Shown in pieces: positions 56,419 through 64,000 of a DNA stretch of 64,000 nt (position 1 is its first letter; the number at the start of each line of letters is the position of its first letter). Source of the stretch: Vitiosangium sp. GDMCC 1.1324 (lineage in GTDB: Bacteria; Myxococcota; Myxococcia; Myxococcales; Myxococcaceae); contig NZ_PZOX01000005.1 of NCBI RefSeq assembly GCF_003044305.1, positions 451,493 to 515,492 of the forward strand, given 5' to 3'. The notes below the pieces were generated by a model. That model had not been told where the DNA came from, ran no database searches, and saw only the letters and a list, made by a program, of their open reading frames with translations. The position numbers and the translations under genes are program-made.

Positions 56419-59400
56419 CTACGCCCTCCGCAGGCTGTTGAGCAGCCGTGGGCGCATGATGGTGGGGATGTGCTCCGCGCGCCGGAGTGCCTCCTCCAAC
56501 AGCACCACTGCTACCTGGCGCTCGCCCCGCCTCAGCCGGGCGAGGGCCTGGAGCTCCAGGACCTCTAGCGGCTCCTGCTCCACGGAGCACGCGTCCGAGC
56601 GCACCCGCAGTGCCTGCCACTCCTCGGGTGAGGTCGGGCGCGTGGCCATCTCCACCAGTGAGAAGAGGACGGACTCGGAGGGGTTGAGCTCCGTTCCCGG
56701 CCGCTCCGCCAGTGCCTGGCGGATGGCTTGTAATGCCTGGCGGGCCTGCTCCTCCTGCCCCGCGTAGGCCAGGGCCCGAGCCCGCAGCAGCAGGCCCCAT
56801 GGACGGGGTGCCACCTCCGGGTGGTTGCGCTCCACCTCCACCGCACGCGCGATGTGGGGCTCGGCCGCCTCGAGGTCTCCCATCTGGTAGTGCAGCTCGC
56901 CCATGTTGTGCTCGGCGAAGTACTCCCAGCCCACCATCCCCAGCTCCCGCCCCAGCCGCTTGAAGTGCTCCTGGTCCTCCAGTGCCCGCGCGAGCTCTCC
57001 GCGAGCCACCCAGAGGTTGCGGCGATTGTTGATGGCGCTACCCAGGTGCAGCGTGTCTCCGCGCGCGGAGCAGGCGGCGATGCACTCCTCCAGCACGCGC
57101 TGCGCGTCGCCGATGCGGCCCAGGTTGGGGAGGATGAAGCCCAGCAGCAGCAGGGAGATGATGCGCGACTCGTAGCCGGCATCCCCCAGGAGGCCGCCCT
57201 GAGCCGAGGCGGCCTCCAGCAGGACGCGGGCCTGCTCCCACCGACCCTGGCGAAACCTGACGCGTCCCATACCGAGCAGCACCCGCACCTGCGACAGCGG
57301 TGTGTCCAACCGGGCGGCGACGGCCAGGGACCGCGCCTGCTCGACGCGCTCCGCGGAGCGTGCGTAGTCATTGGTCCAATCCAGGGCGGTGGCCTCGTCC
57401 AGCAGTACCTCCAACTCCTCGCGTGTATTGCCGAGATGGCGGGCCAGCTCCCGGGCGCGCTCCAGGTCGGCCAGCGAGTCCTCATAGCGGCCCACCCTGT
57501 AGCGCATGAGGCCCCGGCCGCGCAGGGCGGCGAGGCACCACAGGTCGGCCATGTCCGGTAGCAACTCCAGGACGCGGGTGTAGGTGGCCTCCGCCTCCAG
57601 GTATGCGTGACGGGCCCGGGCCGACTCGGCCAGCTCCATGTAGAGGGCGGAGGACTCCCCCCGCAGGCCGCAGGCGGCGGCGTGGAAGGCCAGCCGGGGC
57701 TGGCGCGGGCGCCCGCGGGTGCAGGCCTCGCGCAGGTGGTATTGGTGGGCCGCGCGGTGGATGCGCCAACGCCAGGCCTCGGACAGCGAACGGGTCACCG
57801 CCTCCCGCAAGAGCTCATTGCGGAAGCGCAGACCCTCCCGGGGGTGGGCCACCAGCAGCCCCAGCTCCACCAGCCGGTGGGTGGCATGACGGGGCTCCAA
57901 GGGGAAGTCGGAGGCGCCGTCCTCCCTCGCCAGTTCTTCCACCACCCCCTCCACCTCCTCGAGGTCGAAGTCGCTGCCCAACAGCGCGCACAGCAGGGTA
58001 TGCGCGGTGAGCTCTGCGGGCAGGGCCGCCAGCTCATGCTGGGCCAGCCACTCCACGAGATGGATTTCCGGCACCCGCTCCAGCTCGTCGGTGGCCAGGT
58101 ACCAGCCCCCACTGGAGCGCTGGCGCACCATGCCCTGACGCTTGAGGCCACGCGCCAGCTCGACGAGGAAGAGGGGCACGCGCTGAGCGCGCTCGGCCAG
58201 CCGGGCCAGGGCCTCCGCGGGCACGCTCTCGGCGGGGCGCAGCTCGGCGCGGCACAGCTCCATGGCGTCGGGAAGGGCCAGGGGGCCGAGCTTCAAGGAG
58301 TGGTGGTGGGCGGCGCGCGAGCCCCACTGGGGGTGGGCTCGTTTGAAGCCGGGACGGGAGAGCACGCACACCCACAGGGGAATCCGGGACTCGGCACGCG
58401 CCGCGTACTCGAGCGCCTCCAGGGTCACCTCCTCGACGAAGTGGGCATCGTCCAGCAACAGCAGCAGGGGGTGGGCCCGGGCACTGGCGGCCAGCAGCTC
58501 GCCCACGGTGCGTACCACGAGCGCGCGCAGGGCACCGGGTGCGGCGGCCTGGCTCGACAGCCCGGGGGTGGAGGTGAGCCAACCCAGGCAGCTGGCCACC
58601 ACGGGCCACAGCTCATGTACCAGCCCGACCCCCAACAGCTCCTCGCACCGGGCGCGGTAGGCGGCCTCCTCCGGCATCGTGCCTCCCCCTCCCAGCACCT
58701 GGCGCAACAGCAGGCGAAGGGTCCCCTCGGAGTCTCCCTGCACCGGCGCACGCGCACGCAGGGAGAGGACGCGGGCTCCGGGAAGCCGCTGCCTCAGGTG
58801 GTGGAGGAGCGCGGCGGCCAGGTGGCTCTTGCCCAGCCCCCGGTCCCCTCTCACCGTGGCCAGGGTGGGAGCCTGCTGCCACACCGCCGAGCAGGCGCTC
58901 CGCACCAGCGCCTCCAGCTCCCGCTGCCGGCCCAACAGCATCCCGTGCTCCAGCCACAGCATGATGGGGGTGTCTTCACCGGCCTCTGGGGAGGCCTCGC
59001 GAAACAGGCCCGGGCGCCCCGGCACCGGGACGAAGGCCAGATGCGGCAGCGTCATCACCGCCGCCTCCGTCAGCAGCAGGATGCGCGGGTCGTGCTCGGT
59101 GGGGTAGTGCTCCAGGAGGGAGAAGATGGGGCTGAGGTAGCGAGGAGAGCCATTGGCGCCACGCAGCACCTTCACCCGGGCCACGTCCACCAGGAGGGTG
59201 ACGGCCAGCCCCGTGCTCAGCATGCGCTCGGCGCATTGGCGGGCCCCCTGAAGGGGATGGGCCTCGGCCCCCGAATCGAAGACGGCGGCGAAGCAGGTGC
59301 CCTTCTGGAAGGCGAGCTGTCCGCCACAGAGGGCCAGCGCCTTCTGGACCGTGACGGGATTGGCTCCGGAGCGCAGGAAGAGCACGGCCGCGGAGCAGGA

Positions 59401-60357
59401 AGAAACGGCGGATGGGCCCGGAGGAGCGGTGCGCTGGCGAGCGGGCGCTCCGGAGGGCTGCTCCAGCGCCCGCCGCAGGGCGAGGGACAGCTCCCGGGCC
59501 GAGGCGTAGCGGCGGGAGCGCTCCTTGGCCAGACATCGCAACACCACTTCCTCCAGGGCGGGAGGCACCGCGCCCAGCTCGGAAGGACGAGGCGGGCGGC
59601 GCGTGAGGTGGGCGCGGTGGACATCCGCGGTGGGGCCGAAGAAAGGTGTCCGGCCGGTGAGCATCTCGTAGAGGAGCACTCCCACGGCGTAGATGTCCGT
59701 ACGCGCGTCCAGCGCCGCCCCCAGACATTGCTCGGGCGCCATGTACTCAGCGGTGCCGGCATAGGCCCCTACACGGGTGGAGGGAGTCTCGTCCTCCACG
59801 ATGACCAGCGGCCGCGCCAGCCCGAAGTCGAAGAAGCCCACGGCTCCGGCGGCCTCGTCGACGAAGATGTTCTCCGGCTTGAGGTCGCAGTGGATGAGGC
59901 CCCGGTGGTGAACGGTCTCGAGCGCCTCCACCAACGCCAGCGCGCGGCGGCTCCCCTCGGACAGTGATGCCCCCTCCCGCCGAGCCAGGAGCTCGGCCAG
60001 CAACGGGTGGTGGATGAACTGCATGACAAGATAGGGCGAGCCCAGGGCCACCCGGCCCGTCTCATACACCTCCGGCACGGTGGGCGGACCGATGGTGCGC
60101 AGTGCCTCGGCCTCCTGGCACAGCGCCTGCTCGGCGGGGGCTCCACGGTGATGGGCCAGCTTGATGGCGACACGCTGACCGTCTCGCAGGCGCCGGGCGG
60201 ACAGCAGGGAGCCGAAGCCACCTCGCGCCACCATGCGCTCCACGTCATATCCGGGAATGAACGGAGGCGGCAGAGGCGTAACGGGAGGTGTCTCACTGAG
60301 AGTGGCCCCCGTGGAACAGCGGAGATGGGTCCCCGCCCAACGCAGCCCGCATGTCAT
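56419..60357 (-). CDS. Ser/Thr protein kinase fused to AAA/NACHT-like ATPase and TPR repeats (start uncertain, up to 60435)
   Basis: GGFGSLLSARRL...AIK, HCDLKPENIF, DFGLA, APE kinase motifs. Central P-loop region, C-terminal TPR helices; 1300+ aa. Confidence 0.8.
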   Translation of the reverse strand: MTCGLRWAGTHLRCSTGATLSETPPVTPLPPPFIPGYDVERMVARGGFGSLLSARRLRDGQRVAIKLAHHRGAPAEQALCQEAEALRTIGPPTVPEVYETGRVALGSPYLVMQFIHHPLLAELLARREGASLSEGSRRALALVEALETVHHRGLIHCDLKPENIFVDEAAGAVGFFDFGLARPLVIVEDETPSTRVGAYAGTAEYMAPEQCLGAALDARTDIYAVGVLLYEMLTGRTPFFGPTADVHRAHLTRRPPRPSELGAVPPALEEVVLRCLAKERSRRYASARELSLALRRALEQPSGAPARQRTAPPGPSAVSSCSAAVLFLRSGANPVTVQKALALCGGQLAFQKGTCFAAVFDSGAEAHPLQGARQCAERMLSTGLAVTLLVDVARVKVLRGANGSPRYLSPIFSLLEHYPTEHDPRILLLTEAAVMTLPHLAFVPVPGRPGLFREASPEAGEDTPIMLWLEHGMLLGRQRELEALVRSACSAVWQQAPTLATVRGDRGLGKSHLAAALLHHLRQRLPGARVLSLRARAPVQGDSEGTLRLLLRQVLGGGGTMPEEAAYRARCEELLGVGLVHELWPVVASCLGWLTSTPGLSSQAAAPGALRALVVRTVGELLAASARAHPLLLLLDDAHFVEEVTLEALEYAARAESRIPLWVCVLSRPGFKRAHPQWGSRAAHHHSLKLGPLALPDAMELCRAELRPAESVPAEALARLAERAQRVPLFLVELARGLKRQGMVRQRSSGGWYLATDELERVPEIHLVEWLAQHELAALPAELTAHTLLCALLGSDFDLEEVEGVVEELAREDGASDFPLEPRHATHRLVELGLLVAHPREGLRFRNELLREAVTRSLSEAWRWRIHRAAHQYHLREACTRGRPRQPRLAFHAAACGLRGESSALYMELAESARARHAYLEAEATYTRVLELLPDMADLWCLAALRGRGLMRYRVGRYEDSLADLERARELARHLGNTREELEVLLDEATALDWTNDYARSAERVEQARSLAVAARLDTPLSQVRVLLGMGRVRFRQGRWEQARVLLEAASAQGGLLGDAGYESRIISLLLLGFILPNLGRIGDAQRVLEECIAACSARGDTLHLGSAINNRRNLWVARGELARALEDQEHFKRLGRELGMVGWEYFAEHNMGELHYQMGDLEAAEPHIARAVEVERNHPEVAPRPWGLLLRARALAYAGQEEQARQALQAIRQALAERPGTELNPSESVLFSLVEMATRPTSPEEWQALRVRSDACSVEQEPLEVLELQALARLRRGERQVAVVLLEEALRRAEHIPTIMRPRLLNSLRRA

Positions 60358-60634
60358 GCAGCGTGGCACGTGTCCTCGCCCCCTGATACCAGTCATTCCA
60401 AGACAAACCATTGTACTCCCGGCCACATCGCCCACCGCGCAATGTCATGCACCTCACCCTCGAGGTGTCGGCGGCAGGATGAATCACCGATTTTCCGGGT
60501 CTACAGACATGCCGGGACCTCCTTTTGGAGGCAATCTCTTCCTGGAGCCGTCTCCCAGGTTCCCACGCTGTCGTGGCTCCCCGGGTCCACGCTCGTTCGC
60601 GCCCGGACTACCTCTTCTTACATGGGGGGCAACA

Positions 60635-61581
60635 TGCAAGGCATTGGGTTCAAAGGACATCTCTTGGGGGCGGCATTACTGCTCTCGTCTCTGAATGGCT
60701 GCGGGCCGGTGGAGACGCGGCCAGCGAAGGAGGAGATCCTCGCCGCCAAGATGCAGGCGATGGAGGAGTTCAACGGCCTGAGCACCAACGGCCTGGGCAC
60801 CAACGGCCTGAGCACCAACGGCCTGGGCACCAATGGCCTGGGCACCAATGGCCTGGGCACCCTGCAGTTCTCCACATGGTTCCAGACAAACCCGCAGCTC
60901 AACGAGGAGGTGATGAAGTACTTCGTCTATTGTGCGGTATCCGCGGGGCAGACACGCACCTATGTCGATGCCTCCTCGGACACCACCTATACCTGGAGCG
61001 GCGGATTGGGGCTGGCGCCAGGCTGGTCCGAGGGAATACCAGCGACCGTGGACGAGCAGCAGCTCATCTCCGCCTGCCTGGCCGCCCATACGAACAAGTA
61101 TGGAGCGCGCGTCCCCATCTCCGTGCTGGGGCGCAACGCGAATGGAGAGGCCATCCCCTTCACCGAGCAGGAGCTCAAGGACTACCCGGACAAGGAGGCC
61201 TGCTTCTTCGGCAATCTCTTCAATGGCGAGGGTGTCTTCTCCGGCAGTGACGGAAGCCCGCTGGCCCGCAACAACAGCGCCGCACGCTTCTGCGCGCTGA
61301 CGGACAACTCGGACATCAAGAACGGCGAGCAGGAAGATGACGATCGCTGCGCTCCCATGCACCGCATCCGCCGCCTCAAGTGCAACAAGCTCTGCGAGCA
61401 GGATCCCGAGAAGAAATTCTACTCGACCTGCACCTACAACGGCGTCACCTACCGGGCCATCACCACGCGGATGCGCAAGCAGGATGTCTTCAAGTGCGGT
61501 GACGGCGTCTGCCAATACACCGAGAAGTGCGGCACGAGCGACACCCCCGACAACTGCAAGGACTGCGGGCCCTGTCCATAA
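60635..61581 (+). CDS. lipoprotein with NGL(S/G)T tandem repeats and Cys-rich C-terminus
   Basis: Lipobox LLLSSLNGC; 12 Cys in the C-terminal 100 aa. Confidence 0.6.
60772..60861 (+). repeat. 15-bp tandem repeat x6 (aacggcctgRgcacc) encoding NGLST/NGLGT
   Basis: Seen directly in the sequence. Confidence 0.9.
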
Positions 61582-61693
61582 GCTGCCCATGGGAATTCCA
61601 TGAGCGCCCTCCCCGGCCAGTCCACCATCCTGGCGACCGAGGAGGGCATCCCCTACGAAAAGCGCCGCTGAGCGCGGTCCAGCCTGGGCCGCC

Positions 61694-64000
61694 CTACTCC
61701 CGGGCAGCCTCGGCATGGGGCGAGGAGGGGCTGGGCGCGGACACGCGCGGTCCCGGCAGACGTCCCCGGTTGTTGACGAGGAAGTCCACGGGCGCCGAGT
61801 CCCCCACGTTGTCCGCCGCGTCGAGGGCCCGGGCGCTCAGCACGTGGGTGCCATTGGCCACGCGCGCGGAGTTCCAGGTGAACGCATAGGGCTCCGTGTC
61901 GCTGCTGCCCACCAGCATGCCGTCCACGTAGTAGTCCACGCGCGCCACCTTGAAGTTGTCCAGGGCATCGGCGATGAGCGTGACGGTGCCGGTGACCGTT
62001 GAGCCCTCCCCGGGGCGCGTCACGGAGACAGTGGGCAGCTGGTTGTCCACCCACAGCGAGAGCTCGGCCAGGCCCCGGTTGCCTCCGGCGTCATGGGCCA
62101 GCACGCGCAGCGCATGGGGCCCATCGGCCACGCCGGCCGTGTCCCAGCTGAAGAGGTAGGGAGGCGCCGTGAGCACGCCCACCTGCGTGTCGCCGTCGTA
62201 GAGCACCACCTCCATCACGCCCACGTTGTCGGAGGCGGCCGCGGAGAGCAGCACCACGCCGCGGACCGCTCCGGACGGCGGCGCGTCGACGCTCACCATG
62301 GGGGGAGCCGGGTCCTCGACGAGCACGGAGACGGGGGCGGAGAGACCCACGTTGCCCGCCGCGTCGTAGGCCCGGGCGCTCAGCACGTGCGTGCCGGGCC
62401 CCACCGGCTCCCAGGTCCAGGCATAGGGCGCCGAGACCGCGCTGCCCAGCAGCATGTCATCCACGAAGAACTCCACGCGTGTCACCCCGGACTCATCCGA
62501 CGCGGTGGCGGTGAGGAGCACGGGCTCCCCCACCGTCGTGCCGCCCTCGGGTACGGTGAGGGAGACAGTGGGTGCCTGGTTGTCCACGGTGACGGTCACG
62601 GAGGCGGAGGTGCCCACGTTGCCCGCCGCGTCGTAGGCCCGGGCGCTCAGCACGTGCGTGCCGGGCGTCACCCCCACCGGCTCCCAGGTCCAGACATAGG
62701 GCGCTGAGACCGCGCTGCCCAGCGGCATGCCATCCACGAGGAACTCCACGCGAGCCACCCCTGACTCATCCGACGCGGTGGCGGAGAGGAGCACGGGGCC
62801 CCCCACCGTCGTGCCGCCCCCGGGTGCGGTGAGGGAGACGGTGGGCGCCTGGTTGTCCACGGTGACGGACACGGAGGCGGAGGTGCCTACGTTGCCCGCC
62901 GCGTCGTAGGCCTTCGCACTCAGCGTGTGCGTGCCATTCGCAGCGTTGGCCGTGTTCCAGGTGGACGTATAGGGCGGCGCCGTGCGGGTGCTCACGAGCA
63001 CGGTGCCGTCATAGAACTCGACCCGTGCCACGCCCACGTTGTCGCTGGCCGAGGCGGTGAGGCTGACGGAGCGCCCCACGCGCGCGCCCACCGAGGGCGA
63101 CGTCAGGGCCACCGTGGGCACGACGGCATCCGCGGCGGCGACCGGGAAGGCCAGGTCGTCGTGGTCCATGATGCCGCTGTTGTAGACGCACGCGCCGTTG
63201 AATGAGCCACCCGAGTAGTAGATGCCGCGGATGGCCTGGACCCCCGCCTGCGCGGGCAGCGTGTAGTTGACGCGGATCACCTGCGCGCCGAGCGCCGGAG
63301 GCAGGTACGTGCCGATGAGCACCCAGTTCTGGCTGCTGGCGTTGGCGCTGTAATAGAGGTTCAACCGATCGTTGTACAAATCACTGGCCCACACCGTGGC
63401 CTCGATCTGCACGGTCTTGCCCGCCGTGAAGTTTCCGCCATTCACGGCCGACACCTTCAGCCGATCCAACGACTGATCGACGTGGTAGGCGCCGGCCATG
63501 CCGTCCAGGCAGGGACCGATCGTGTTGGGCTGGTTGGGCTCCGGGCCCAGCTGCCCACGGCCATTGAGCAGGGAACCCGAGTCGCAGGACGAGCCGGCGC
63601 TCACGCACTGGGGCGCCCCGAGGACGCTGTCATAGGTGGCACCGACCGCGGTGGACGGGAGGGCGACCGTCACCGTCACGGTGGCCACGTTGGACACCAG
63701 GCTCCCGTCGCTCGCCTGGAAGGTGAACGTGACCGTGCCCGCGAAGCCGGCCGGTGGCGTGTAGAGGAGGTCCGGCGCCGTGCCCGAGAGTGTTCCCTCG
63801 GAGGGCCCCGTCACCACCGTGAACGAGAGGGCATCGTTGTCCGCGTCCAGCCCCGACAGCTTGACGGCCACGGGCGTGCCCACCACCGTGGAGAGGGACA
63901 GCGGCTGGACGACCGGAGCGTCCGGAGTGGGCCGCACGGTCAGCGTCACGGTGCCCTCGGCCGAGCCCGTCCCGTCCGAGGCCCGGAAGCGAAACGAGTC
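61694..64000 (-). CDS. secreted multi-domain protein with about 5 tandem bacterial Ig-like repeats; N-terminus beyond window end
   Basis: Repeating ~95-aa units ...PTVSLT.P..G.TV.G.V.L.A.ASD..GV.RVEF.VDG..LG....APY...W......GTH.L.A.A.DAAGNVG.S..V.V.VDN. The reading frame remains open upstream of GTG 63949 to the window edge. Confidence 0.7.
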   Translation of the reverse strand, partial: DSFRFRASDGTGSAEGTVTLTVRPTPDAPVVQPLSLSTVVGTPVAVKLSGLDADNDALSFTVVTGPSEGTLSGTAPDLLYTPPAGFAGTVTFTFQASDGSLVSNVATVTVTVALPSTAVGATYDSVLGAPQCVSAGSSCDSGSLLNGRGQLGPEPNQPNTIGPCLDGMAGAYHVDQSLDRLKVSAVNGGNFTAGKTVQIEATVWASDLYNDRLNLYYSANASSQNWVLIGTYLPPALGAQVIRVNYTLPAQAGVQAIRGIYYSGGSFNGACVYNSGIMDHDDLAFPVAAADAVVPTVALTSPSVGARVGRSVSLTASASDNVGVARVEFYDGTVLVSTRTAPPYTSTWNTANAANGTHTLSAKAYDAAGNVGTSASVSVTVDNQAPTVSLTAPGGGTTVGGPVLLSATASDESGVARVEFLVDGMPLGSAVSAPYVWTWEPVGVTPGTHVLSARAYDAAGNVGTSASVTVTVDNQAPTVSLTVPEGGTTVGEPVLLTATASDESGVTRVEFFVDDMLLGSAVSAPYAWTWEPVGPGTHVLSARAYDAAGNVGLSAPVSVLVEDPAPPMVSVDAPPSGAVRGVVLLSAAASDNVGVMEVVLYDGDTQVGVLTAPPYLFSWDTAGVADGPHALRVLAHDAGGNRGLAELSLWVDNQLPTVSVTRPGEGSTVTGTVTLIADALDNFKVARVDYYVDGMLVGSSDTEPYAFTWNSARVANGTHVLSARALDAADNVGDSAPVDFLVNNRGRLPGPRVSAPSPSSPHAEAARE

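Noticed and set aside
57607-59967. 786-aa plus-strand ORF inside the STPK gene
   Set aside because: Antisense shadow ORF. The minus-strand kinase has canonical catalytic motifs.

Overview
High-GC (~68-70%) myxobacterial chromosome segment; the TIGR02265/DUF2378-like gene, LysM/lectin proteins, ECF sigma factors and a large STPK fit Myxococcaceae. Main content, left to right: (1) a partial lipase, an IS701-family transposase preceded by 49-bp tandem repeats, an ECF sigma/anti-sigma pair, a 1024-aa secreted helical-repeat protein, and an rtcBA/rtcR RNA-repair module with a sigma-54-like promoter. (2) A compact type VI secretion system (T6SS) locus at 11.5-27.0 kb in two convergent operons. The + operon is tssA-tssE-orf191-tssB-tssC-hcp-tssF-tssG-vgrG-MORN; the - operon is tssK-tssL-tssM', where tssM' is an unusual TssM-N-domain/TM/bulb-lectin/LysM fusion. 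No clpV, tssJ, PAAR or canonical full-length tssM is seen in the window. A fused tssK'::tssM' pseudogene remnant lies immediately 5' of tssA, and a decayed FAD-oxidase pseudogene lies between the operons. (3) A MATE/DMT transporter pair, then a candidate selenoprotein of the ArsC/Spx family: an in-frame TGA at the catalytic Cys position, followed by a SECIS-like hairpin. (4) A lipoprotein polymorphic toxin with a C-terminal WHH/AHH-type HNH nuclease plus an immunity gene (SitA/SitI-like). It is flanked by ~130-bp direct repeats derived from the 3' end of the upstream TIGR02265-like gene, and followed by a tRNA-T-arm-like hairpin. A second ~120-bp conserved element sits upstream of both the toxin and a distant acyltransferase gene. 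(5) Housekeeping and accessory genes: TetR with a duplicated palindromic operator, SDRs, an amylase with CBM20, a LytS/LytTR two-component system, an S41 peptidase, DsbD, AmpG, bfd-bfr, a 1338-aa STPK, repeat lipoproteins and an Ig-repeat protein. Many long ORFs in the supplied track are antisense shadow ORFs typical of high-GC DNA and were not called.
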